Positions 27,654 to 36,339 of a DNA stretch of 47,951 nucleotides are shown one piece after another. The stretch spans positions 1 through 47,951 of the IMG/VR virus record IMGVR_UViG_3300040985_001055, one strand, 5' to 3'. A program made the position numbers and the translations under genes. Each line of letters opens with the position of its first letter. Position 1 is the stretch's first letter. Source of the DNA: a virus (taxonomy: Duplodnaviria > Caudoviricetes). The notes under the pieces are model-generated. The model was not told the origin of the DNA. It worked only from the letters and a program-made list of their open reading frames with translations, and made no database searches.

Positions 27654-30600
27654 ATGACTATTAATGCAATAATACCAACAAGGCATGACTTTACCGGCAA
27701 TGATGTAAATGAGACATTTTCATATACTCTCAAAATAACAGATTCGGACCATATAAAGTTGGTCCACACTGATGCTGATGGGGCAGAAAATGTACTTGCA
27801 GATCCTCTTGTAAATGATACGGATTACACTGTCAACGGAGTAGGTGATACAGGTGGAGGATCTGTGACGTTTCCAAAAGCAGGATCGGTTTATAGCACAT
27901 TAGCCTCCGGAGAAAAACTTTCAATCCTTTATAACTTCCCGATAGAACAGACTCTTGATATTGGGAATACCGGCAGAATATTCAATGAATCAGTTGAAGA
28001 CGCGCTTGACTACATGACAGTTCTTATCAATCAGCATGAAGAGTTGTTTGACAGATCTATTAAACTGGTTGAAGGATCTACGCTAACTGATATTTTCTTT
28101 CCGGAAGGAACGAGTGCTGCAAACAGGGCGACGAAGGTGGCTGCGTGGGATGCAGACGGAACAGCGTTGACCCTCGGCACTACTATTGGAGAATTTAGAG
28201 GTGATTGGGTAACTGCAACTGCATATCTTGAAAGAGACACGGTTAAAGATACTGACAATGGAAATATATATTATTGTAATACTGCTCATACTTCAACAGG
28301 ATCTCTACCAATATCTTCAAATGCAGATGTGGCTAAGTGGGATCTGTTAGTAGACACTGAGACTGCGGTAGATGCAGCGAGTGCAGTCGCGTTTAAATAC
28401 AATTTCTCTGACACGACTACTATGGCAGATCCAGGAGCAAGCACTTTAAGGCTAGATAATGCGACTATAGCATCAGTAACTAACATCGCTTTTGATGCTA
28501 CTTCAGCAGATAATGGAGCTCCGGATGTGTCTGATTTCATAGCATCTTGGAGTGCTGGTACAAATAATACTCATGAGGGCTATATCACAATAAGGAAAGT
28601 TGGGACTCCTGCAACCTTTATTGTCTATTCTTTAACTGGCGCAGTTGTTGACAATACCGGATGGCTACAGACACCTGTTACTTTTGTTGATTCAAGCGGA
28701 ACGCTTACTGATGCAGATGAATTATATGTATCGTTTTCAAGATCTGGAAACAGGGGCAATGATGCAGGGCTTGACATGCTATTCGAAGACACAACAACCG
28801 ATACTGACCAGGGTGCAGGTAAGGTTTGGCTGAACAACGCTACTCCTGCCAGCGCAACGGTATTGTATATGGATGACGCAGACTCTAACGGCACAGATAT
28901 AAACAGCCTTGTAGATTCATGGGACGATTCAACGAATTTGCCAATCAGAGGAACTATAACTCTCAGCAAGAAGTCTGATGTTGCGGTATTTGCAATTTAT
29001 AATGTTACAGGAGTAGTTACTTCAGCGAGTACGTATTCAAAAATAGCGGTTACTTATGTAACTGGTGCCGGTAGCTTTACTGACGCAGATCCAGCTAATG
29101 TTACATTTGTAAGATCTGGAGATATTGGTGTTGGTGCCGGATTGGAGATGGAATTTGAATCAACGACAACCGATACTGACCAGGGTGCAGGAAAAACATG
29201 GTTGAATAATGCCACTCCTTCAAGTGCTACTGTTCTATACATGGACGATGTAGATACTGGATCGTCCAATATAAATAGTTTTGTTGATTCATGGGATGAC
29301 TCTTCTAGCTCAATATCTGGAGAAGTAACAATAACAAAAAAAGAAGATACTGCTGTCTTTGCGAAGTACAACGTGACTGGATCGGTTACTTCAGCAAGTA
29401 CGTACTCTAAGGTTGCTGTTACTTATGTAACTGGTGGCGGTAGCTTCAGTGATACAGACCTGATTGATGTTGCATTTGTAAGATCTGGAGATAAAGGAGA
29501 TAATGGATCCCTTGTCAATGTTGTCGAAGATCTTACTCCCCAATTAGGGGGTCCATTAGACACCAACTCGCAAGCTATAAATGAGAGTGAGGGAGCTGCG
29601 GTTGCTTCTGCCACAACAACAGATATATTCGGTGGTGACGATGGTAATACCTTGCATATTACAGGAACTACGCAGATAGATGATTTTACAGATGCTTCAA
29701 GTGTAGGCCAATGGAGGAAGATTATATTTGATGGAATACTTACGCTGACTCATGGAAGCGGTATAACCTTGCCTGGACTCGCAACTATCACAACCGCTGC
29801 TGGTGACTATGCGTTTGTGTATGCTGATGCGGTTGATGCCTTTAATGTTCTTTATTTCAGAGCAGACGGTACTGCACTTGTAGGAGGCAGTAGTGGCAGC
29901 GTTGCAAATCTCCTTATAAATGGGGGGATGGAGGTTGCACAAAGAGGTACCAGTTTTACTTCTGCAACAACTCCCGCGAACAATGATGATACCTATACAT
30001 TAGATAGATGGATATTGTTATCAGATGGTAGTGATATTGTAGATGTCACACAGCAATCAGGCGGTGGTGTTAATGGAGAAGAAGGTTATATAAGATTAGA
30101 TGTAGAAACAACAGCAAAGAAATTCGGGATATTGCAAATAATAGAAGCTAAAAATCTTAAAAATATCATTGACGGAAACCAAGTTGTTTCTCTTTCTTTT
30201 GAGGCAAAAGTAACCAATGCTACCAAACTATCAGATATAAGGGCTGTTGTCTTGGCATGGGATAGTACGGCAGATAGCGTGACCTCAGATATTGTGTCTG
30301 CATGGGGGGCAGAGGGGTCAGTTGTCACTCCTGTTGCCAATTGGACAGCAGAAAATGTGGCAGCAGATTTAGGCGTAACAACTTCATGGGTGAAGTATGC
30401 AATAGAAAATATTGCAATAGATACTGCCTCAACTGCAAATCTGGCAGTGTTCATTTACCAAAATAATGTAGCAACAAATGATACAACAGGGGTGTTCTTA
30501 GAGATTGCTAATGTACAATTAGAAGAAGGTGCTTCGGCAAATACTTTTGAGTATAGGCAAATAGAAGAATCCCTTGCCTTGTGCCATAGATACTATCAAG

Positions 30601-30917
30601 AACTTAATCAGGAAGGACAGGCTAATTATGGTCTTGGGATTGCCCATGCTACAAACACAACAAGTGCTGTACTTATAACTTCATATCCATTTAAAAGGAT
30701 AACGCCATCTATTTCTATTTCTGCTGCTGGTGATTTTATAGCTAAGACTGCATCAGGGGGGAATCAAAATGTAACCTCAATGTCTGGTGCTAATGCAACT
30801 AGAGAAAATACGCAAATTAATATAGGTGTTGCAGCAAATCTGGTAGCAGGAAATGCTAGTCGCGTTATTGATGATGGCGGTGGAAATGGAAGAGTGAAAG
30901 TAGATGCTGAACTTTAA
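27654..30917 (+). CDS. Tail fibre / receptor-binding protein
   Basis: T7 gp17-like N-terminus (GN.....F.Y...I, DYTV.G.G...GG.VTF, E.ALD), three internal repeats, C-terminal NLLINGGM.VAQRG...VQLEEG..A..FEYR....L.LC.RYY. Confidence 0.88.
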   Translation: MTINAIIPTRHDFTGNDVNETFSYTLKITDSDHIKLVHTDADGAENVLADPLVNDTDYTVNGVGDTGGGSVTFPKAGSVYSTLASGEKLSILYNFPIEQTLDIGNTGRIFNESVEDALDYMTVLINQHEELFDRSIKLVEGSTLTDIFFPEGTSAANRATKVAAWDADGTALTLGTTIGEFRGDWVTATAYLERDTVKDTDNGNIYYCNTAHTSTGSLPISSNADVAKWDLLVDTETAVDAASAVAFKYNFSDTTTMADPGASTLRLDNATIASVTNIAFDATSADNGAPDVSDFIASWSAGTNNTHEGYITIRKVGTPATFIVYSLTGAVVDNTGWLQTPVTFVDSSGTLTDADELYVSFSRSGNRGNDAGLDMLFEDTTTDTDQGAGKVWLNNATPASATVLYMDDADSNGTDINSLVDSWDDSTNLPIRGTITLSKKSDVAVFAIYNVTGVVTSASTYSKIAVTYVTGAGSFTDADPANVTFVRSGDIGVGAGLEMEFESTTTDTDQGAGKTWLNNATPSSATVLYMDDVDTGSSNINSFVDSWDDSSSSISGEVTITKKEDTAVFAKYNVTGSVTSASTYSKVAVTYVTGGGSFSDTDLIDVAFVRSGDKGDNGSLVNVVEDLTPQLGGPLDTNSQAINESEGAAVASATTTDIFGGDDGNTLHITGTTQIDDFTDASSVGQWRKIIFDGILTLTHGSGITLPGLATITTAAGDYAFVYADAVDAFNVLYFRADGTALVGGSSGSVANLLINGGMEVAQRGTSFTSATTPANNDDTYTLDRWILLSDGSDIVDVTQQSGGGVNGEEGYIRLDVETTAKKFGILQIIEAKNLKNIIDGNQVVSLSFEAKVTNATKLSDIRAVVLAWDSTADSVTSDIVSAWGAEGSVVTPVANWTAENVAADLGVTTSWVKYAIENIAIDTASTANLAVFIYQNNVATNDTTGVFLEIANVQLEEGASANTFEYRQIEESLALCHRYYQELNQEGQANYGLGIAHATNTTSAVLITSYPFKRITPSISISAAGDFIAKTASGGNQNVTSMSGANATRENTQINIGVAANLVAGNASRVIDDGGGNGRVKVDAEL
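28392..29500 (+). repeat. Three tandem ~125-aa repeats in the tail fibre
   Basis: Each begins F..TTT..D.GA...L.NAT..S.T and ends F.RSG..G; copies 2 and 3 share long DNA identities such as ACAACCGATACTGACCAGGGTGCAGG. Confidence 0.8.
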
Positions 30918-30929
30918 AGGAGGGGAAAA

Positions 30930-31364
30930 ATGGTTTTATATGAAGAGCAAAGAGATGAAGGAAATATATTAATAGGGTATATAAGAAAGCCTGACGGTGC
31001 ATGTATACCTCTGGACACAAGCAATAAAGATTATAGAAAAATACTGGATTGGATATCCCAAGGCAATATCCCCGATTCAGACAACACACTACTTAGAAGG
31101 CTTATAGATTTAAAAGTAGCAGAGTATAAAAAAGAAGGCGTGTTACGAATACAGTCACATGTTTCTAGTTGGGATAGTATTGATATTGTGGGGCTGATTG
31201 CCTCTACATGGAACATGCTTGGCCCTCCCAATGCAGCACAGTCATCAGCTAAAGATATATATGTTTATGTAGTGAATACTGCAATTCCATTCGTAAAGAC
31301 ACGGCCTAATGTTGCTGCAGTACAGGCGATAGATGTGGTGAATGACCCAAACTTCCCGTCATAA
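30930..31364 (+). CDS. Tail fibre assembly/chaperone-like protein
   Basis: DGA.IP.D..N.DY.....W...GN motif; follows the fibre gene. Confidence 0.7.
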   Translation: MVLYEEQRDEGNILIGYIRKPDGACIPLDTSNKDYRKILDWISQGNIPDSDNTLLRRLIDLKVAEYKKEGVLRIQSHVSSWDSIDIVGLIASTWNMLGPPNAAQSSAKDIYVYVVNTAIPFVKTRPNVAAVQAIDVVNDPNFPS

Positions 31365-31370
31365 TCTCAT

Positions 31371-31398
31371 GGTGTCCAGGAAATTCTTCTTGGGCACC
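31371..31398 (+). terminator. Terminator-like hairpin ending the late operon
   Basis: GGTGTCCAGGAA/TTCTTGGGCACC stem; weak T tract. Confidence 0.55.
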
Positions 31399-31448
31399 TC
31401 ATTCAACTTCTTTTCTGATACCATCTTAAGATTTATTTAATTTTCTTC

Positions 31449-31477
31449 TTGATTTGTCTACCATGTTGGTGTACAAC
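31449..31477 (+). promoter_or_regulatory. Sigma70-like promoter (TTGATT-N17-TACAAC)
   Basis: ATG lies 8 nt after the -10 element, consistent with a leaderless transcript. Confidence 0.45.
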
Positions 31478-31484
31478 TTTACCC

Positions 31485-31625
31485 ATGAGTAAATTTAAGC
31501 CACATGAATGTAAGTGTAGGAAGTGCGGTGAGTCTTGGTGGGCAAGGGTTGTTAATCCAGCAAAGTGCCCATTTTGTTTCTGCCGGAACTGGAGAACATA
31601 CAAAAAGAAAGGGGGCAAAAAATGA
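31485..31625 (+). CDS. 46-aa zinc-ribbon protein
   Basis: Hand translation MSKFKPHECKCRKCGESWWARVVNPAKCPFCFCRNW...; ATGA-coupled to next gene. Confidence 0.7.
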   Translation: MSKFKPHECKCRKCGESWWARVVNPAKCPFCFCRNWRTYKKKGGKK

Positions 31626-32014
31626 AGCACGTTTATATTTTATTTTTTATACTATTTGCAATCTCAATTGACACGGGATATGCGGAAGACAGAAAGGAAG
31701 AGATCAAGGCTATGGTCGATAAAGAGGTTGTCGCTCCGACAGAGTATGAGTTTCCGGCGGAGACAATGAAATCGTTGCAGAGTTTTCAGGAGTCGTATAG
31801 TAGGCTTGGAATGTTAATAGAAAACCACAAGAAAGCCATTGCTTTTATGCAGCAAAAGGTAAAGACTTGCGAGGCTAATATGTCACATGATGCCAGTTCT
31901 ATTAAGCACACAGTAAGGACGTTCCTTGCCTCAGAGGGCGTGCCTCTTCGTGACCTTGACAAATGGCATATTGTAGATGACAAGGCTGTACGTAAGGCTG
32001 ATAAGAAAGAGTAG
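31622..32014 (+). CDS. Exported coiled-coil protein
   Basis: Start reassigned to ATG 31622; signal MKHVYILFFILFAISIDTGYA. Confidence 0.65.
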   Translation: MKHVYILFFILFAISIDTGYAEDRKEEIKAMVDKEVVAPTEYEFPAETMKSLQSFQESYSRLGMLIENHKKAIAFMQQKVKTCEANMSHDASSIKHTVRTFLASEGVPLRDLDKWHIVDDKAVRKADKKE

Positions 32015-32045
32015 TCTAATTTTCAAACAATAGAAAGGTTGGTAT

Positions 32046-32300
32046 ATGAGCAAGAAGAGCGTAGGTGATAAGAAGTTGGAAAGAATAATTGATAATGTTC
32101 ATAAGAAGATTGAGCAATATGAGGCTATCAACAAAGAGAAGATGGTTGAAGTTGATAACAATATATCAATGATTAAAGTATTAAAGGAGCAGCTTACATC
32201 CATTCAGGATATGTGTAAGGAGGTTGATGGTGGTCTGCAGAAAGATAAAACACACGATTCAGGAAGCAAGAAAGACGCTAGAGAGAGTAAAGAAGAGTAA
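32046..32300 (+). CDS. Hypothetical coiled-coil protein
   Basis: GAAAGG RBS; ORF track. Confidence 0.6.
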   Translation: MSKKSVGDKKLERIIDNVHKKIEQYEAINKEKMVEVDNNISMIKVLKEQLTSIQDMCKEVDGGLQKDKTHDSGSKKDARESKEE

Positions 32301-32391
32301 AGGACAGAGGGAACAGTCGTATTATTACTGCAAATATTGCAATGGTTGGCATTTAACAAAGAAGTTAAACAGGAAAAAGAAAGGTAGGTAG
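32227..32391 (+). CDS. 54-aa YxCxxCxGWHLT zinc-binding protein
   Basis: Hand translation; AGGAGG RBS; YYCKYCNGWHLTK. Confidence 0.7.
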   Translation: MVVCRKIKHTIQEARKTLERVKKSKGQREQSYYYCKYCNGWHLTKKLNRKKKGR

Positions 32392-32397
32392 GGGGTT

Positions 32398-33279
32398 ATG
32401 GATAATGCAATAGTGAAGTACATGACGGATGGTGGTGGGCAGGTTGAGTTGAGCCCTGATATAATCCGCAATTATTTAGTTAGTGGGAACGGCGAAATTA
32501 GCGACCAAGAAGTAATGATGTTTCTAAAACTGTGTCAATATCAAAAGCTCAATCCGTTTTTGAGAGAAGTTTATATTATAAAGTTTGGGGATTTTCCTGC
32601 CACAACGGTTACAGGAAAAGAAACATTCTTGAAGCGTGCTATGAGGAACCCAAAATATGAAGGACATACTACAGGTATATCCGAAGACGGGAAGGAAGCA
32701 TGGGCAGAGGTTTATCTGGATGGTTATCAGGTTCCAATAAAATGTGAAGTTGATTACGATGAATATGTCGGATTGAAGAATGGCAAGCCAAACAAGATGT
32801 GGGAATCAAAGCCTAAGACAATGCTTAAAAAGGTTGCATTGGTACAGGCTCTTAGAGAGGCATTTCCCGAAGATCTTGGTGGGCTGTACTCACAGGAAGA
32901 GATTAATTCAGTTTCAGTAGAATTGCCCACCACCCCAGTTAAACCTGCAGTGCAGAAAACCCAGAGCAAGAGTAGCCAGAAGCAAACTACTTCAAAAAAG
33001 AAGGAGCCCGAAGGCGAAGAACAGGAACATTTAATTAAGGTTGTTCGTATCGGGAAGAAGGATACCAAGAAGAATCCGAAATACACTCTTTACAGTGCAG
33101 AAGATGCTGCCTATAACACATTTGATCAAGCAATCGCTGACGATGCCAAAGAAATTGAAGGCACAGATATTCAGGCTCTTGTTATCTTCACTACTGATAA
33201 ATGGGGCAATACTATTAAATCGTTTACTGTTACTGGTGCGGAAGAATTTCCAGAAAACTTTGAGAATCCGGCAGAATAG
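32398..33279 (+). CDS. bet: Bet/RecT-family single-strand annealing protein
   Basis: MFLKLC..QKLNPFLREVY.IK, W...P.TML.KVA..QALREAFP.DLGGLY..EE. Confidence 0.9.
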   Translation: MDNAIVKYMTDGGGQVELSPDIIRNYLVSGNGEISDQEVMMFLKLCQYQKLNPFLREVYIIKFGDFPATTVTGKETFLKRAMRNPKYEGHTTGISEDGKEAWAEVYLDGYQVPIKCEVDYDEYVGLKNGKPNKMWESKPKTMLKKVALVQALREAFPEDLGGLYSQEEINSVSVELPTTPVKPAVQKTQSKSSQKQTTSKKKEPEGEEQEHLIKVVRIGKKDTKKNPKYTLYSAEDAAYNTFDQAIADDAKEIEGTDIQALVIFTTDKWGNTIKSFTVTGAEEFPENFENPAE

Positions 33280-33875
33280 TGGACTTCCAATACAACGAGG
33301 AAACTCGTATCCACACATTGAATGGAAAGGTAATCCCGTCAGTGTCTCAGGTGATCGCACCGTTGTCGGATTTCTCCAAGATTCCTGCGTCTATCCTTGC
33401 GAGGAAGACAGAGCTTGGAAAACAATTCCATGAAGCAGCAATGCTCTTCATGCTTAATGATCTTGACTATGACAGCCTGGATCCTGACCTTATCAAGCCA
33501 ATGAGGGCATTCGGTGATTTCTGGAGATATAAGAACTTTCCGATGGATCACATTGATATTGAGGTTCCTTTGTGCCACAAAACATTAAAGTATTGTGGAA
33601 AGCCTGACATTGTTATGCCAATGGATCTAATAGATTGGAAGCTGCGCCCGTATAATCCGGTTACAGATCCTTTGCAGCTTGCAGGGTACAAGCACATGCT
33701 ACCTGCCGGAAGAAGGGGTTTATGGACAGTGTGTTTCGATCTGGAAGGTAATTACCGTATGCATGACTCAAGACATCCAAAAGCTTGGGGTATTTTTCGG
33801 AGAATGTTGGAGCATTGCAATCAAGAATTAGAATTTAATAATTTAATGGAATCATGGAAGGGGTTGGCAAAATGA
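33279..33875 (+). CDS. PD-(D/E)xK exonuclease
   Basis: PSVSQVI, G..FH, YCG.PD, IDWK, QLAGY; adjacent to bet. Confidence 0.82.
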   Translation: MDFQYNEETRIHTLNGKVIPSVSQVIAPLSDFSKIPASILARKTELGKQFHEAAMLFMLNDLDYDSLDPDLIKPMRAFGDFWRYKNFPMDHIDIEVPLCHKTLKYCGKPDIVMPMDLIDWKLRPYNPVTDPLQLAGYKHMLPAGRRGLWTVCFDLEGNYRMHDSRHPKAWGIFRRMLEHCNQELEFNNLMESWKGLAK

Positions 33876-34552
33876 CAACAGAAATAGACTTAGAAAAAGA
33901 ATCAACAGATCTTGCAGAGAGGTCTATGCAGTTGGTAATAGTTGACAATGAATCGTTTGAGGCAACTGCACAGATGAATATAGACCTTGAGAAAATGAAA
34001 AAGGTGGTTAAGGCGTATCACAAGCCGTTAAAGGAAGCCACTCATGCAGCACACAAGGCTGCGACCACGAGAGAGAAAACAGATCTAGTGCCTCTTGAAG
34101 AGGCTGGCAAGCACATAAGAAGTATCAGGTCCGCGTATGTCGCCAAAGAAGAAGATAAGCAGAGGAAGAAACAGGCTAAACTTGATGAAGCTGCAGAGAA
34201 GAAAGCCGAGAAAGAGAGGCAGAAGATACTTGCAAAGGCTGAGGCTGAAAAGGATCCGGAGAAAAAAGAGGAGCTTCAGGAGAAAGCTGAAGAAGTATAT
34301 GCAGATCCTAAAATAGCTGAGAGTACCGTTGTAAAGACTGAAGGGATATCTTGGGTTGAGGATATTGAAGTAACAGTTACAAATGTTATGGATTTATTGC
34401 ATCAAGTATCAATTGGCAAGATACCTGTGACTGTCGTGGAAGTAAAAGATGGTATGTTGAAAAAATGGGCTAAGACTAATGCAGTTATAAATGGTCAGTA
34501 TCCTGGAATCAATATAAAGAAGATAAAGACGGAGAGAGTAAGGACTGCGTAA
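33872..34552 (+). CDS. Coiled-coil protein of the recombination module
   Basis: ATG 33872; EK....PL motif, charged coil, C-terminal PGI. Confidence 0.7.
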   Translation: MTTEIDLEKESTDLAERSMQLVIVDNESFEATAQMNIDLEKMKKVVKAYHKPLKEATHAAHKAATTREKTDLVPLEEAGKHIRSIRSAYVAKEEDKQRKKQAKLDEAAEKKAEKERQKILAKAEAEKDPEKKEELQEKAEEVYADPKIAESTVVKTEGISWVEDIEVTVTNVMDLLHQVSIGKIPVTVVEVKDGMLKKWAKTNAVINGQYPGINIKKIKTERVRTA

Positions 34553-34560
34553 TTTTAGGC

Positions 34561-34674
34561 AACAGAAACGACATGGTAGCGACAGACGAAATTGGGTTAT
34601 ACCAATAAAGGCTATGTTATTACGCTTAACATTACCATGTCCACAGGAGGGTATTGTCGCTAAACCTTTCTGTT
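34561..34674 (+). ncRNA. Candidate pseudoknotted RNA
   Basis: Three long complementary pairs plus two internal hairpins in a non-coding gap. Confidence 0.5.
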
Positions 34675-34860
34675 TTAATTAAATCAATGCCAGTAACAGA
34701 AGTTTAACAATCTTCTGCTAACCGATAAAAGGTCTTTCGGGCTGGCTGTAATTAAGCGCAGAGAGAGGGCTGTTTTCTGGATTTTACTTAGCATTTAATC
34801 TTACCTTCGCTGTCCTCTTTCTGTGTGATATTTTGATAGATAGCTTTAAGAAGTAACATA

Positions 34861-34980
34861 GCTCAGGCGGTAGTGTAAATAGAGCACATGCCCTCTTCAA
34901 GGGTGCAGAGTAGGATGACTAAATCAGTGTATAGGTGCATGGCCTACGAAAACTACTGGCAATTTCCTACCCGTCTGAGT
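34861..34980 (+). ncRNA. tRNA-like RNA with ~50-nt structured insertion in the T loop
   Basis: GCTCAGGCGG/CCGTCTGAGT, GTGT/GCAC, TGCCC-TCTTCAA-GGGTG, GTAGG/CCTAC. Confidence 0.55.
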
Positions 34981-35001
34981 GAATTTATTGAGGAATAAAT
35001 T

Positions 35002-35457
35002 ATGATTCTCTACCAAGAAGTATTCGAAATAGAAGCCGTTGCACAAGAAAGACCAAGGGCCCGTATAATGACACCGAAGGCTAAAGGAAAGAAACCTTTT
35101 GTTGTTATTTACGATCCTGCAAAGTCTAAGAAGTTTAAAGAGGATATCAGGTCAATGATTATGATTAAACCCATGCCAATCCCTTTAATAGACCAACCAA
35201 TGATAATGTCTTGTCGTATATATATTACTCGTCCTAAATCGATAACGATAGCAAAGAGAGCATATCCCGAAGTAAAGCCTGATCTGAGCAACTATATCAA
35301 GGGCATTGAGGATGCAATGAATGGCTTTGTGTATACGGATGATAGTAAGATTATCGGGTATAGAGACTGTTTTAAGTTTTATGCTGATGATGGTCCACCA
35401 AGAATAGAGGTACGACTATTTGATGTTATTGTTGGGTTTCCGGATGTAGAAGTATAG
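35002..35457 (+). CDS. rusA: RusA-family Holliday junction resolvase
   Basis: QERPR, KPDLSNYIKGIEDAMNG.VY.DDS.I, PRIEV. Confidence 0.92.
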   Translation: MILYQEVFEIEAVAQERPRARIMTPKAKGKKPFVVIYDPAKSKKFKEDIRSMIMIKPMPIPLIDQPMIMSCRIYITRPKSITIAKRAYPEVKPDLSNYIKGIEDAMNGFVYTDDSKIIGYRDCFKFYADDGPPRIEVRLFDVIVGFPDVEV

Positions 35458-35632
35458 AGATAATTTTATTTGGAGTCAGTTGAGTGAGTAAAAAAGTGGT
35501 GCATAAAAGAATGACATTTTATTATAGTATTGGGTATTTTGGAATATCTCTTTGCAGGGGATTGAGAATGGTTAATATGAATTATCAGTGGAAAAACGTA
35601 ACCTGTAAGAAGTGTTTGAAAGGGAGAAAGGA

Positions 35633-35847
35633 ATGAGCATTACTTTTACTTCAAATATAACTTTTGTAACTGAAAATTGTTATAAGTGCGGGGTGTCTTG
35701 AAAGTCGCAAGTGGGTATTATCAAGGAAGTACTTCAAGTGCAATCATCACAGAGTTGGGATTAAAGAGGACAACTCTAAACGAATTAACTGAAAAGGGCA
35801 AAAAGTATCTATGGGAACAGTTTCACGATAAGGTGTTAAATTTATGA
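35633..35847 (+). pseudogene. Two gene fragments fused out of frame (deletion scar)
   Basis: ORF with RBS stops after 22 codons just past CYKCGV; a second frame without start or RBS runs GVLKVASGYYQG...LTEKGKKYLWEQF to a stop coupled to the next gene. Confidence 0.45.
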
Positions 35848-36317
35848 GCAACAATCCCAAGAAACCATATGAAACAATTTATTTACAGTGGAGCGAAGAG
35901 GAAGTATCGTGGTGTCAAGATCGTATAAATGATGATGATATTACGTATACTCTCAAATCCACCGCAGATAAGTGTGAACAAGAATTGCGCAATATTATTA
36001 AGATGCATAAGGAGAGTAATTGTTGTTGTGTGATTGAAGATAATGAAGTGACTGAATACTGTGCTCTTCATGCGTATATGCAAGCTAATATAGAGCAAAG
36101 TAATGGAATCTTGGCTACAACTGCTTATTGTTCTGGTTATGATGCAGCAAAGAAGGAATTTGAAGAGGTGTTGAAACCGATTCGGGATCTCAAAGAGAAA
36201 ATAGTAACAGAAAGTCTATCTGCTGATTGCTATAGTGCTAAAGCATTAAAATTAATGATTGATACGCTTAGGGCAATCAAGGAAACTCTTGCTCTTGCGA
36301 ATAAGGTTAATAAATAA
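35844..36317 (+). CDS. Hypothetical protein
   Basis: P...IYLQW...V.WC.DRI.D.D..Y phage-type N-terminus. Confidence 0.65.
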   Translation: MSNNPKKPYETIYLQWSEEEVSWCQDRINDDDITYTLKSTADKCEQELRNIIKMHKESNCCCVIEDNEVTEYCALHAYMQANIEQSNGILATTAYCSGYDAAKKEFEEVLKPIRDLKEKIVTESLSADCYSAKALKLMIDTLRAIKETLALANKVNK

Positions 36318-36339
36318 TTTTAGAAAAAGGAGTATAATT

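Noticed and set aside
32316-32352. Fourth GCAGTA-N4-TACTGC-like site and a TTGGCAT sigma54-like motif
   Set aside because: Both fall inside the 32227-32391 ORF and are explained by the YYYC and GWH codons
34889-34905. tRNA-Sec or opal suppressor (CTTCAA in the loop)
   Set aside because: Stem register places TTC, not TCA, at the anticodon, and there is no long variable arm
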